64,000 nt of DNA, from assembly GCA_963793265.1 (NCBI GenBank), contig CAWBZI010000001.1:896001-960000 (forward strand), in the 5' to 3' direction. A model generated the notes under the pieces. The model saw only the letters and a program-made list of their open reading frames with translations. It was not told the origin of the DNA and did no database searches. Both the position numbers and the translations under genes were made by a program. Every line of letters starts with the position of its first letter. The stretch's first letter is position 1. This document shows, piece by piece, positions 51,046 to 61,526 of the stretch. This stretch comes from an uncultured cyanobacterium. Lineage in GTDB: Bacteria > Cyanobacteriota > Cyanobacteriia > Phormidesmidales > Phormidesmidaceae.

Positions 51046-51938
51046 TGCACCTGAACATGATTGCAATTGCCGGGGCGATCGCCATCCTCATTCGTTTGGC
51101 TAGCAGCTCCACGAATAGAAGCAAATTACTCAACGGAGTAAAGCCTTCTCTTAACTGGCAGACGCAATGGCACCGAACACTCATTGCCTTTGTCGTCCCC
51201 CCCTTACTGCTGCTCACAACCGCCGTTGCCGTCATTACGATGGGCATTAGCACAGGCCATCATCACTGGGAAGGTCAAATTAGCTACGCCATCGCGTTAC
51301 TGTTCGTAGTGATCGCACTCTTCTGCTGGGCTCATCTACTCTGGCTTTCTTTCAAAACACAGCAAGAACTCAAACGTCATCCTGTCAAAACCATTGGCGC
51401 TAGCACGTTGGGACGCGTCATGGACGTATCTGCCGTATTTAGCGCTCAGGTAGGGCTATGGTCTTCAGAACTTATCGTCAGCAGGGGTCTACTGACGCAT
51501 TTAGACAGTGAGCATCTAGCCGCCGTCTTAGCCCACGAGGCAGGCCATCGACGCTATCGAGATACCTTCTGGTTCTTTTGGCTAGGCGGATTGCGTAGGC
51601 TCACAGGCTGGCTGCCCTACAGCGAAAACCTTTGGCAGGATCTTCTTCTCCTCAGAGAAATCCGCGCCGACCGCTGGGCCGCGCGCAGTGTAGATACGCT
51701 GGTGTTAGCCGAATCACTCATGAGCGTTATCACCGCTCCGCTCGCCCCAGAATCGGTATGTGCAGGGTTTAGCTGCGCAGCGCCCCGTAGCCGACTGGCA
51801 CAACGCATAGATGCCCTATTAGAAATTGATTCGACTACAGCAACGAGTAGTGTTAGTTCGTTCAAGGTCATGCCCTGGCAGTGGGTTGCTATCTCTTTCA
51901 CACTCGCGCCGCTGCTAACGATTCCTTTCCATTATTAG
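51042..51938 (+). CDS. M56-family membrane metallopeptidase (BlaR1-like protease domain only)
   Basis: TM helices, AVLAHEAGH (HExxH), REIRAD; ATGA overlap with the repressor gene. Confidence 0.85.
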   Translation: MMHLNMIAIAGAIAILIRLASSSTNRSKLLNGVKPSLNWQTQWHRTLIAFVVPPLLLLTTAVAVITMGISTGHHHWEGQISYAIALLFVVIALFCWAHLLWLSFKTQQELKRHPVKTIGASTLGRVMDVSAVFSAQVGLWSSELIVSRGLLTHLDSEHLAAVLAHEAGHRRYRDTFWFFWLGGLRRLTGWLPYSENLWQDLLLLREIRADRWAARSVDTLVLAESLMSVITAPLAPESVCAGFSCAAPRSRLAQRIDALLEIDSTTATSSVSSFKVMPWQWVAISFTLAPLLTIPFHY

Positions 51939-51962
51939 ACGAAGGCATTGCCTAAAAGCTAT

Positions 51963-53222
51963 TTAATCGAGCGAGTCGTCACCGTGCCAGCTCACCACTG
52001 GGGGCGTCGTTTCGACCAGTATTTGCCCTCTCGAAATAACTGTCTCTACCGTCGCGCGCTCCAGAATTGCCTCGTATGGACTATGAGCATCCAACACAAT
52101 CAAATTTGCGGAATTTCCAACAGCTAAACCATAGCCATCTTGAACCCCTAGCGTGGCCGCACCGAATGTCGTCACCATGTTGAAGCAGGCTTCAATCTCA
52201 TCAAAGCCCGTCATCTGACACACATGCACCGCCATTTCAGCCACCGCTAGCAAGTTTCCAGTCCCCAGGCTGTACCAGGGATCTTGGATGCAATCGTGGC
52301 CCAAGCTGACATTCAAACCGCTACGCCACAGCTCTTTTACTCGGGTAACACCGCGTCTTTTCGGATAGGTGTCGGTTCGCCCTTGCAAGGTGATGTTAAT
52401 CAATGGGTTAGCGATGAAGTTTATGCGCGATCGCTTCAAAGTTCCCATCAGCTTCATCGCATAGGCATCGTTATAAGACCCGAATGCTGTCGTATGGCTA
52501 GCGCTCACCTTCTCACTCATGCCGCTGCGAATGGCACAGGCTGCAACCACTTCCAAAAATCGTGAGTGCGGATCGTCAATCTCATCACAATGGATATCAA
52601 TCAGCCGATCATACTTCTGCGCCAATTCAAAAATACGATGCACCGAGCGCACCCCGTCTTCGCGCGTCATCTCGTAGTGCGGAATCCCCCCAACCGCATC
52701 GGCCCCCAGCCGCAAAGCTTCCTCCATTAGCGCCTCATTCTGCTCGCTACCATAGAGTCCATCTTGAGGAAAAGCCACAACCTGCAAAGTCATCCAGTCT
52801 TTTACAGCCTCACGAACTTCTAGCAGGCCCTTTAGCGCTGTTAGCTCTTTTTCGCTGACATCTGCATGAGTTCGTACATACAGCACACCTTTGCTAGCCT
52901 GCTGCTTCAGTGTTTTAATCGCCCGCTGCTTAACGTCTTTGAGCGTTAGAAAGTCCTTGCGATCACGCCAAATCTCAATGCCTTCAAACAACGTGCCGCT
53001 CTCATTCCACCGAGGCTCACCAGCCGTCAGCGCCGAATCTAAGTGAATATGCGAATCAACAAAAGGCCCACTGACTAACTTTCCACTCAGGTCTAGCTCG
53101 GTAGAACCAGTGATAGAAAGGTTAGGGGCGATCGCACTAATTTTTCCATCAGCAATCGCAATATCCATTACCTCATCTTCACCGACCAGCCGAGCGCGTC
53201 GTAACACCAGCGAAGCATCCAT
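51963..53222 (-). CDS. codA: Cytosine deaminase
   Basis: DSHIHLD, WNESGTLFEGI, VAFPQDG, IDIHCDEIDD, GHDCIQDPW; probable start ATG 53222. Confidence 0.92.
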   Translation of the reverse strand: MDASLVLRRARLVGEDEVMDIAIADGKISAIAPNLSITGSTELDLSGKLVSGPFVDSHIHLDSALTAGEPRWNESGTLFEGIEIWRDRKDFLTLKDVKQRAIKTLKQQASKGVLYVRTHADVSEKELTALKGLLEVREAVKDWMTLQVVAFPQDGLYGSEQNEALMEEALRLGADAVGGIPHYEMTREDGVRSVHRIFELAQKYDRLIDIHCDEIDDPHSRFLEVVAACAIRSGMSEKVSASHTTAFGSYNDAYAMKLMGTLKRSRINFIANPLINITLQGRTDTYPKRRGVTRVKELWRSGLNVSLGHDCIQDPWYSLGTGNLLAVAEMAVHVCQMTGFDEIEACFNMVTTFGAATLGVQDGYGLAVGNSANLIVLDAHSPYEAILERATVETVISRGQILVETTPPVVSWHGDDSLD

Positions 53223-53356
53223 ATCCAACCCGTCTTGACTGAAGAACCTTGCGCTGTATGAAGAAAAGCTAACCAGCACATCCAAAAAGTATAAGATCCT
53301 TTTGGGAGAGGTTTTTTCGTGACGCCTAGCAGCGCTTCAAACGAAAATTTACACGA

Positions 53357-53740
53357 ATGGAAATACAGCAGCGCATCAACCAGCAGCGCATACGACACAT
53401 CATCGACAGCTACATGCTCTCAGGCTTGAGCGATGAAGCTGATGCTTTTGATGCCTACGTTAAAGACCTGCTTAATCAATATCCTCAAGGTTTAATTGAG
53501 CTAGCTTTGGTTGAAACACTGACAAAAAGCTGGCTGACAATTCCCATGCAAAAAGGTATTGCTTTTTTAGCAACTGCGCATGAGTGTCTTAAAAGATGGC
53601 AGTCAGAGGCCGCTACTATCGCGCTTACACCTAGCCAATTTTCACATATCACAGGTCTCGATCCTCATGTCGCTTTTGCAGCGATCGCCCAATCGACGGA
53701 TCAACCCACAGCGCACTCAGCTCAATCGGTCGTAGATTAA
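53357..53740 (+). CDS. Hypothetical protein
   Basis: 127-aa ORF filling the gap between codA and comF; no function recognised. Confidence 0.7.
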   Translation: MEIQQRINQQRIRHIIDSYMLSGLSDEADAFDAYVKDLLNQYPQGLIELALVETLTKSWLTIPMQKGIAFLATAHECLKRWQSEAATIALTPSQFSHITGLDPHVAFAAIAQSTDQPTAHSAQSVVD

Positions 53741-53774
53741 TAGACTGACGAGCCCAGGGGATAGGGTATTCAGC

Positions 53775-54551
53775 TTAATGTAATGAAGCTCTTGCGACTG
53801 TGGCAATACCGGCAACCAAAAATCCTGACTGCTCAAGTGTATGAACCGCACTCTGAGCTGTTGCCCCTGTCGTATAGATATCATCTACTAGCAAAACCGA
53901 CGCCTTGATGCGCCCATGGGTTCGCTGCGCTGCCTTGTACAAAGAGGTACCGACTTCAAACACTTGGTTGAGGTTTTGCTGACGGGCTACCGGGCTCAAT
54001 TCGTGCTGAGGCTTGGTGGCTTGCGATCGCACTAAACCATGAGGTAGCGAAGGCAGTCTGCTTACTCGGCTAAAAGAATTAGCAATTAGCTCAGCTTGGT
54101 TATAGCCCCTGCTTTTTTGGCGATCAGCATGAAGCGGAATAGGAACGGCATAAATATTATTCGCGTGACTGGCCAAACCGTTTGAGGCGTCAGACTGATA
54201 GGCTAGCCAGTGTTGAGCCAGTGCTGCACCGAGGGGCTCTGCTACATCTGGGCGATCGCCGTACTTCATCGCTAAAATCGCCCGCTTTAAAGCGCCGCCA
54301 TACAAACCCGACGCAACCACCGCTAGCTTATCTGATACGTCGTTTCTGACTGGGATAGGCTTACTTTGCTGCTGCGCAACTTGACGATAGCAATCTGTGC
54401 AAAAAGTTTTAGGGGTTGGGCGATCACATACCGCGCAACCCTGACTCAAGAACAAACTGCCCAAGGAACCTAAACCTGTCCGGCTAAACCGCTCACACCA
54501 TCGGCCACCCATAGCCACCAAATCTTTCAAATTCCAGTCCTCAAAGCTCAA
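53775..54551 (-). CDS. comF: ComF-family protein (zinc finger + PRTase domain)
   Basis: CAVC...CTDC, VPIPLH, RGYNQAE, LLVDDIYTTGAT; start uncertain. Confidence 0.88.
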   Translation of the reverse strand: MSFEDWNLKDLVAMGGRWCERFSRTGLGSLGSLFLSQGCAVCDRPTPKTFCTDCYRQVAQQQSKPIPVRNDVSDKLAVVASGLYGGALKRAILAMKYGDRPDVAEPLGAALAQHWLAYQSDASNGLASHANNIYAVPIPLHADRQKSRGYNQAELIANSFSRVSRLPSLPHGLVRSQATKPQHELSPVARQQNLNQVFEVGTSLYKAAQRTHGRIKASVLLVDDIYTTGATAQSAVHTLEQSGFLVAGIATVARASLH

Positions 54552-54581
54552 TTCTCAAAGCTCAGCTTTAAAATCTCAGCC

Positions 54582-54746
54582 TTAAGCAGGACTCGCCTGA
54601 GCCATAACTGTTGTTATTCTGCCGTCTGGATAAACTAGGCACATCGTATCTTGATCGTCATAATCATTTGGAGAATACGAGGTGGCAGTGTCAGCAATGC
54701 TATCGGTGGTCGAATTTGAAGGCTGAGATGATTTACGTGATCGCAT
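54582..54746 (-). CDS. Candidate 54-aa small protein (below ORF track cutoff)
   Basis: MRSRKSSQPSNSTTDSIADTATSYSPNDYDDQDTMCLVYPDGRITTVMAQASPA*; co-oriented directly upstream of comF. Confidence 0.4.
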   Translation of the reverse strand: MRSRKSSQPSNSTTDSIADTATSYSPNDYDDQDTMCLVYPDGRITTVMAQASPA

Positions 54747-55160
54747 AGGGAAATGACTCTTAAAAAGTGACGAAACTCTCGAACTCCCTTCTATTGTTCA
54801 GGATCTACTCAAGGCACCGCGAGCGTATAAGTAGCCGACTTTTTAGGTGCTGCTCAGCACATCTAAATAGAACATAAAGAAAACACCTAAACGTCTTTCA
54901 TATCAACACATTCAGGTGTTTTCTAGTCACGCCATATTAATCCTTGTACAGAGGTTCTTCAGGCAAGCCTTAAAAACTATCGAGCTAGTTTATCTCATCT
55001 TCATGTAGAAACCTCTCTGCCACGTAAATTCACATAGAATCCGGGTGTTCCTAAGACGATTGCGCACAAATGTCTCTGCGAACCCATATTATTAAGACAA
55101 AGTGAAAGTGTAAAAACAAAATAAAGCTTCACTATGCAATAGTCTTTCTCGGCAGAATCT

Positions 55161-55799
55161 TTGGGCGTTGAACTTCGCAGCTACGTTTATCTCGATAATC
55201 TTCAGGCTCAGCACGCAGCTTACATCGGCACCGTTTCAATCGGGTTTCTACCCCTACCAGGAGACGCTTCTCTCTGGATAGAAGTCTCCCCTGGCATCGA
55301 AATCAATCGCATTACAGACGTTGCCCTCAAATCTGCCGTTGTGCGACCTGGCGTTCAGGTTGTTGAGCGGCTGTATGGCGTCTTAGAAATACACGGTAGT
55401 CAGGGAGAGGTAAAGGCTGCTGGTCGCGCAATTTTAGGGTACTTAGGGCTCAAGCAAAAAGATTCTTTAAAGCCAGAGCTGATGTCCAATCAGGTTATCC
55501 GCAATCTCGACCCGCACCACGTACAGCTCATCAACCGCACGCGCCGGGGCCAGATGATCCTCGCCGGAGAAACGCTCTATGTAATGGAGTGCCAGCCTGC
55601 CGCCTATGCTGCTTTAGCCGCCAACGAAGCCGAAAAAGCGGCGTTTATCAATATCCTCCAAATCTCTGCTATTGGCAGTTTTGGCAGGTTGTACTTAGGT
55701 GGGGCTGAACAAGACATCTTAGCCGCTGCTCGCGCTGTTGAAGCCGCCATGAATGCCTTACCAGGTCGTTTGGATGACGACGATGATGACGACGAGTAG
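55161..55799 (+). CDS. ccmP: Beta-carboxysome tandem BMC shell protein
   Basis: [51 protein letters not shown]. Confidence 0.9.
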   Translation: MGVELRSYVYLDNLQAQHAAYIGTVSIGFLPLPGDASLWIEVSPGIEINRITDVALKSAVVRPGVQVVERLYGVLEIHGSQGEVKAAGRAILGYLGLKQKDSLKPELMSNQVIRNLDPHHVQLINRTRRGQMILAGETLYVMECQPAAYAALAANEAEKAAFINILQISAIGSFGRLYLGGAEQDILAAARAVEAAMNALPGRLDDDDDDDE

Positions 55800-55910
55800 C
55801 TCCTATGTAAAGCCGTATAAAAGTTGTGCAACCAACTATGGCTAGCGTTAGGTGTCTAGAATTTGGCATACAATAGCTCCATCTAGTGTGCAACCAGCAT
55901 TAAGCCAATC

Positions 55911-57878
55911 ATGAGCAGCCCGCGCCTTCATCCCCATACTATTGAAGAAGTCCGCGATCGCGCTGATCTCGTTGATATTGTTTCTGAGCAGGTCGTTCTC
56001 AAAAAGCAGGGCAAAGACTTCGTGGGCCTCTGCCCTTTCCACGACGACAAGTCGCCCAGCTTTAGCGTTAGCCCTACCAAACAGTTTTACTACTGCTTTA
56101 GCTGCGGAGCCGGGGGCAACGTCTTCAAATTTATGATGGAGCTAGGCCAGCGCTCCTTTGCTGACGTTGTACTCGATTTAGCAAAGCGCTATCAGGTTCC
56201 TGTCACTACCATGGAGCCTGCGCAGCAGCAGGAACTACAGCGCAAGCTCACCCTCCGCGAACAGCTCTACGAAATCGTTGCCGTCGCTGCAAAATTCTAC
56301 GAACACGCGCTTTTCCAGCCGGACGGTAAGCAAGCCCTCACTTATCTAAGAGGAGAGCGCAAGCTTAGCGACGAGACTATCAAGCATTTCTTGCTAGGCT
56401 ACGCACCGGAAGGCTGGCAAACCCTTTACGGATACTTAGTAGAGCAAAAGCACTACCCCGTTAATTTAGTTGAGCAGGCGGGGCTGATCGTACCGCGCAA
56501 AGGTGGCAGCGGCTATTACGACCGATTTCGCGATCGCCTTATGGTGCCTATCCATGATGCTCAAAATCGACTGATTGGCTTTGGTGGCAGGGCTCTCACT
56601 GCCGATGCTAAGCCCAAATACCTCAACTCTCCTGAAACCGAGCTGTTCGATAAGGGCAAAACTCTCTACGGGCTAGACAAAGCGAAAGCCTCTATTGCCA
56701 AACAGGATCGCGCCATTGTCGTAGAAGGCTACTTTGATGTCATTGCGCTTCATGCAGCAGGCATTACCTGTGCTGTCGCATCTCTAGGCACCGCGCTCAA
56801 TGCAGCTCAGGTAAAACAGCTTTTACGCTACACCGAATCTAAGCAAATCATTTTCAACTTTGATGCTGACGCTGCCGGGATAAAAGCGGCTGAGCGTGGA
56901 ATTGGAGAAGTCGCGGAGATGGCCTATCGGGGCGACGTGCAGCTGCGCATTCTTACTATCCCTGACGGCAAAGACCCCGATGATTATCTGCGCGTTCATA
57001 CTGCTGAAGAATACATTGCCTTAGCCGATAGCGCGCCGCTCTGGCTGGACTGGCAAATCAATAAGATTGTGCGTGATCGCGACCTCAAACAGGCCGACCA
57101 GTTTCAGCAGGCATCTCAGGCCGTAGTCAATCTGCTAGGCGATATTGCCAACGCCGATACCCGAACTCACTACTTACGGTACTGCGCTGAAATTTTCAGC
57201 CAGGGTGACAGCCGAATCGTACCGCTTCTAGCCGAAAACCTACTCGCTCAAGTTCGTCGCAAGCGCAGATCGCCTGGAGACAAAAAGACAAAATCTAACG
57301 ATGTCCAAGTTCTCAACCGTAGCTTTTTAGAAGAGGCCGAAGCGGCGCTGCTGCGTATCTATATTCACAGCCCTAGTAGCCGCCGTGCAATTTCTGAAGG
57401 TCTAGAGCTACGCGATTTAGGATTCAGCTTTTCTCATCATCGCGCCTTATGGCGAACCGTCACTGAGCTAGTTCGCATAGAAGCAGAGAGCAACCCACAT
57501 TCAGAAACCAGCGTTGTTACCGAGCCGCCAAAGCAAAGCCTGCTAGAAACGCTGCGAAATTTTTCTTCCGAATCAACTGGGCCGCTCTCACTGGTTCATC
57601 ATCTGCTTTATCTCGAAGAAAAAACGAAGTTAGACGTGCTGCGTGAGCCTTTGGTGATTAGAGCAGCGATCGCCTGTCTGGAAAAAAATATGTGTGAAAA
57701 GCGCTACCGCCTCTTGCTAAACCTGTGGTCTGAGAGCGATTTTTCTGCCTCCGTTGAGCAGCACACGCAATATCAGAAGAAAATCATTGCAGAAAAGCAT
57801 CGCATCGCTGAGCTTGAAAGAGAACGCAGCGTGGATTTTGCCGATCTTGCCAGCGTTCCATGGGTGCAGGGAAGCTAA
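55911..57878 (+). CDS. dnaG: DNA primase
   Basis: CPFH...CFSC zinc finger, KYLNSPET, VEGYFDV, FDADAAG, KDPDD. Confidence 0.97.
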   Translation: MSSPRLHPHTIEEVRDRADLVDIVSEQVVLKKQGKDFVGLCPFHDDKSPSFSVSPTKQFYYCFSCGAGGNVFKFMMELGQRSFADVVLDLAKRYQVPVTTMEPAQQQELQRKLTLREQLYEIVAVAAKFYEHALFQPDGKQALTYLRGERKLSDETIKHFLLGYAPEGWQTLYGYLVEQKHYPVNLVEQAGLIVPRKGGSGYYDRFRDRLMVPIHDAQNRLIGFGGRALTADAKPKYLNSPETELFDKGKTLYGLDKAKASIAKQDRAIVVEGYFDVIALHAAGITCAVASLGTALNAAQVKQLLRYTESKQIIFNFDADAAGIKAAERGIGEVAEMAYRGDVQLRILTIPDGKDPDDYLRVHTAEEYIALADSAPLWLDWQINKIVRDRDLKQADQFQQASQAVVNLLGDIANADTRTHYLRYCAEIFSQGDSRIVPLLAENLLAQVRRKRRSPGDKKTKSNDVQVLNRSFLEEAEAALLRIYIHSPSSRRAISEGLELRDLGFSFSHHRALWRTVTELVRIEAESNPHSETSVVTEPPKQSLLETLRNFSSESTGPLSLVHHLLYLEEKTKLDVLREPLVIRAAIACLEKNMCEKRYRLLLNLWSESDFSASVEQHTQYQKKIIAEKHRIAELERERSVDFADLASVPWVQGS

Positions 57879-57964
57879 GCCTCCTGAAACCCTCGTCTCA
57901 AGTCCTAGCCGGGAATCCTACAGATATGCTGCAAGGCATATCAAAAGCACACGACAGATACACT

Positions 57965-58417
57965 ATGTCTTCGTCCTCCTCGGCACTTCACCCCAAAGAC
58001 TTAGGCAACTACGGTGAGCAGCTTGTCTGCCAATGGCTTGTACAAAAGAACTGCCAAATTATTCAGCGGCAATGGCACAGCCGATTTGGCGAGATTGATT
58101 TAATTGCCAAAGGTCAAAGTGGTCAAGGCGTACTTCGATGCGAAACGCTAGCCTTCGTTGAAGTAAAAACTCGGAGCCAGGGAAACTGGGATGCTGATGG
58201 ACTCCTCGCTATCACCCGATCAAAACAAAAGAAGCTACGCACCACAGCCCGCTATTTTTTAGTCAGACATCCGCATTTTTCAGCACTACCTTGCCGCTTT
58301 GATATCGCCTTAGTCATCTGCCACGCCCGTCTGCCCGCTAATCGACTGACGCTACAGGTTCCAAACACCCAAAAGTATCTCAGCCTTCAGTCATACATTC
58401 GAGACGCCTTCCAGTGA
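57965..58417 (+). CDS. YraN (UPF0102) family protein
   Basis: LGNYGE, RFGEIDLIA, LAFVEVKTRS, CRFDI; start uncertain. Confidence 0.9.
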   Translation: MSSSSSALHPKDLGNYGEQLVCQWLVQKNCQIIQRQWHSRFGEIDLIAKGQSGQGVLRCETLAFVEVKTRSQGNWDADGLLAITRSKQKKLRTTARYFLVRHPHFSALPCRFDIALVICHARLPANRLTLQVPNTQKYLSLQSYIRDAFQ

Positions 58418-58435
58418 CACTCCCCGCCCGTTCTA

Positions 58436-58825
58436 TCAGGCTAGCGTCTCAGGGCAATAGCCCAAACCAATCACAAACTGCTCACGAAACTCTTCAATTT
58501 CGCAGCGATCGGGTTTGCCGTGAGTCACAACTGCAACCTGATAGCGGCGCATCACATCAACTGCTGACTGGCCCATCTCTAGGCCCCACAAAGCCATACG
58601 CACTCGAATCCCAGGCTCATAGGCCGTACCAATTTCATCAAGAAAAGCTGAGAAATTCTGCTCGGCTTGAACATCTGCACTATCGTGCAATTTCACCTTT
58701 ACTATCCAACCGTTTATTTGATGAATAACCGTTATAAACTCAAGCGGTAGCTGGGTTACACCAAGCAAGCGTTCCACTACGCGTAACGTCAAGCTTGCAT
58801 TCGTTAGGTAATAGAGGTATTCCAT
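58436..58825 (-). CDS. Conserved-looking cyanobacterial hypothetical protein
   Basis: 129-aa ORF MEYLYYLTNASLTLRVVE...GLGYCPETLA. Confidence 0.75.
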   Translation of the reverse strand: MEYLYYLTNASLTLRVVERLLGVTQLPLEFITVIHQINGWIVKVKLHDSADVQAEQNFSAFLDEIGTAYEPGIRVRMALWGLEMGQSAVDVMRRYQVAVVTHGKPDRCEIEEFREQFVIGLGYCPETLA

Positions 58826-58955
58826 CGTCCAGAGTAGGGGTGCTACAGTCTAATAGTTTTGTTTTCTTAGCTCTGTTTGCTAAAGGGAACCAAGCTACTT
58901 TGACAGTAGCTAGTACAAACAAAGTCAGTTTTTCAGCGCAACTTCATTTCTTATT

Positions 58956-60173
58956 ATGGCGCAGTGTCCTCCTGAATCCTCGTCTGTAAGCTCAATTGAT
59001 GAGTCAAACTACACAATCTCCCAGCCAGCGATCACAATCGATCGTCAGCTGGCCGCTTACAACTATGAGCTGCCCGAGAACTTAATCGCTCAAAACCCAG
59101 TTGTTCCTAGAGATAGCTCGAATCTGCTAGTGGTAGATGGACCTAATACGCACCAGCATCGCCGTTTTCGAGAGATAACAAATCTACTTTCACCAGGAGA
59201 TTTGCTTATCCTTAATAATACGCAAGTTATTCCAGCGCGACTGTTCGGCAACAAACAAAATACTCAAGTCGCTTCAAAGCAGATAAACCCCAGTTTGGAC
59301 GAAAGCCGGAAAAGTGGCGCTGCCGTTGAAGCTCTGCTAATAGAGCCGCTGGCAGAGGATCGCTGGTTAGCTTTGGTGAAGCCAGGAAAGCGACTTCAGC
59401 CGGGAACGACGATTGAATTTAAAGACTCATCAGAGAATCTATTGCTCACGGCTTTGGTAGAAGCACGAGACGAGGCCACTAACGGGCGTATCCTAAAACT
59501 CATACCTCACAAAAATGCCTCTATAGATGAGCTAATACACCAGCTAGGGCAAGTTCCTTTGCCGCCTTACATTACGCGATCTGAGTCTTTACCAGAACAG
59601 TACCAAACGGTTTTTGCTCGCAGACAAGGCGCGATCGCAGCTCCCACAGCCGGACTTCATTTCACCCGCTCGCTGCTACAAAAGCTCAAAGATAAAGGTA
59701 TTCAAACCGCCGAAATTACGCTGCACGTTGGGATTGGCACCTTTCGCCCGGTAGAAGTGGACAACATCGAAACGCACCAGATGCACCAGGAGCGGATAGA
59801 AGTACCTGAAGCGACTGTTGAGAAAATCCGGCAGACCAAAGCTCAAGGGGGTCGGGTGATTGCCGTTGGAACAACATCAACTCGCGCGTTAGAGGGCGTA
59901 GCGGCTATTTATGGCGAGCTTCGACCATATAGCGGTAAGACTGATGTTTTTATATATCCTGGCTACCGTTGGCAAGTCATCGATGGGCTCATTACAAACT
60001 TTCACCTGCCGGGGTCTAGCCTACTGATGATGGTAAGCGCATTGATTGGACGAGAAAGGCTGATGGCACTTTACCAGGATGCGATCACCCACGAGTATCG
60101 TTTCTATTCTTTCGGTGATGCCATGTTAATTTTGCCAGGAGCGACTCTCTCTAATGCCCATATTGAGGATTAG
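58956..60173 (+). CDS. queA: SAM:tRNA ribosyltransferase-isomerase
   Basis: PLPPYI, YQTVFA, AAPTAGLHFT, TLHVGIGTF, TNFHLP, YRFYSFGDAM. Confidence 0.97.
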   Translation: MAQCPPESSSVSSIDESNYTISQPAITIDRQLAAYNYELPENLIAQNPVVPRDSSNLLVVDGPNTHQHRRFREITNLLSPGDLLILNNTQVIPARLFGNKQNTQVASKQINPSLDESRKSGAAVEALLIEPLAEDRWLALVKPGKRLQPGTTIEFKDSSENLLLTALVEARDEATNGRILKLIPHKNASIDELIHQLGQVPLPPYITRSESLPEQYQTVFARRQGAIAAPTAGLHFTRSLLQKLKDKGIQTAEITLHVGIGTFRPVEVDNIETHQMHQERIEVPEATVEKIRQTKAQGGRVIAVGTTSTRALEGVAAIYGELRPYSGKTDVFIYPGYRWQVIDGLITNFHLPGSSLLMMVSALIGRERLMALYQDAITHEYRFYSFGDAMLILPGATLSNAHIED

Positions 60174-60210
60174 AATGCTGGGCATCAAAAACCCTTGAAT
60201 GCTTTAAACG

Positions 60211-60244
60211 CAAAAAGCGCCCTCCCGAAGGAAGGCGCTTTTTG
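60211..60244. terminator. Bidirectional terminator between queA and psbA
   Basis: CAAAAAGCGCCT...AGGCGCTTTTTTG. Confidence 0.8.
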
Positions 60245-60297
60245 TTTAGATCCAAATCAGAACGCTAGGCGTCTGACAAAAGGATTCAGCTTATCAA

Positions 60298-61380
60298 CTA
60301 CGCAGCAATCGAAGGAGCAGTCAAAGCTACAGGGGCAGCTTCGCCAGCAGCCAAGTCGAGTGGGAAGTTGTGTGCATTTCGCTCGTGCATCACTTCCATA
60401 CCGAGGTTGGCACGGTTGAGAACGTCTGCCCATGAACCAATCACACGACCCTGTGAGTCGATGATCGACTGGTTGAAGTTGAACCCGTTCAGGTTGAACG
60501 CCATCGTGCTGATGCCCAAAGCGGTAAACCAGATGCCCACTACTGGCCATGCACCCAACAAGAAGTGGAGGCTACGGCTGTTGTTGAACGAGGCGTACTG
60601 GAAGATTAGACGACCGAAGTAGCCGTGCGCTGCAACGATGTTGTATGTCTCTTCTTCTTGACCAAACTTGTAGCCGTAGTTCTGTGACTCAGTTTCTGTC
60701 GTCTCACGTACCAACGAAGAGGTTACGAGTGAGCCGTGCATTGCTGAGAACAATGAACCACCGAATACACCAGCAACGCCCAACATGTGGAAGGGGTGCA
60801 TCAAGATGTTGTGCTCTGCTTGGAACACCAACATGAAGTTGAATGTACCCGAGATACCCAAAGGCATCCCATCAGAGAACGAACCTTGACCCAAGGGGTA
60901 GATCAAGAACACTGCTGTTGCCGCTGCGACTGGCGCAGAGTAAGCAACACAGATCCAAGGACGCATACCGAGGCGGTAGGATAGCTCCCACTCACGACCC
61001 ATGTAGCAGAAGACGCCGATGAGGAAGTGGAAGATGACCAGCTGGTAAGGGCCGCCGTTGTAGAGCCACTCATCAAGAGAAGCTGCTTCCCAGATGGGGT
61101 AGAAGTGGAGGCCAATTGCGTTAGATGAAGGTACAACCGCACCAGAGATGATGTTGTTGCCGTACATCAATGAACCTGCAACAGGCTCACGGATGCCGTC
61201 GATGTCCACAGGAGGCGCAGCGATGAACGCGATTACGAAACATGCGGTAGCAGCGAGTAGTGTAGGAATCATCAAGACGCCGAACCAGCCAACATAGAGG
61301 CGGTTTTCGGTGCTTGTGACCCACTGACAAAACTGCTCCCACAGAGAGGCGCTTTGGCGCGTCTGTAGTGTAGTAGTCAT
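60298..61380 (-). CDS. psbA: Photosystem II D1, standard oxygen-evolving form with Glu130 (D1:2-like)
   Basis: 360-aa D1; YMGREWE (E130); D170, E189 and [14 protein letters not shown]-terminus present. Confidence 0.99.
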   Translation of the reverse strand: MTTTLQTRQSASLWEQFCQWVTSTENRLYVGWFGVLMIPTLLAATACFVIAFIAAPPVDIDGIREPVAGSLMYGNNIISGAVVPSSNAIGLHFYPIWEAASLDEWLYNGGPYQLVIFHFLIGVFCYMGREWELSYRLGMRPWICVAYSAPVAAATAVFLIYPLGQGSFSDGMPLGISGTFNFMLVFQAEHNILMHPFHMLGVAGVFGGSLFSAMHGSLVTSSLVRETTETESQNYGYKFGQEEETYNIVAAHGYFGRLIFQYASFNNSRSLHFLLGAWPVVGIWFTALGISTMAFNLNGFNFNQSIIDSQGRVIGSWADVLNRANLGMEVMHERNAHNFPLDLAAGEAAPVALTAPSIAA

Positions 61381-61450
61381 TATGAATCCTTTTTAATTAT
61401 CTAGGTACGAGGCGGAAGACACGAAAAAGATGAACTTCGCCTATGAATTA

Positions 61451-61479
61451 AATATAACCTATATGAGTCGTTTTGTAAA
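61451..61479 (-). promoter_or_regulatory. Sigma70-type psbA promoter
   Basis: Minus strand TTTACA-17 nt-TATATT, about 70 nt upstream of the ATG. Confidence 0.7.
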
Positions 61480-61526
61480 GTTAGGCAAACATTATGATGA
61501 GAAAATTCTTAAAGATTAATCATTGG

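Noticed and set aside
54950..54979. preQ1-I riboswitch-like string AGAGGTTCTTCAGGCAAGCCTTAAAAACTA
   Set aside because: Weak stem, loop lacks the ligand-pairing C context, and it precedes ccmP rather than a queuosine gene; an Infernal search would settle it
60298..61380. Atypical (rogue or chlorophyll f synthase) D1
   Set aside because: Mn-cluster ligands and the C-terminal processing site are canonical
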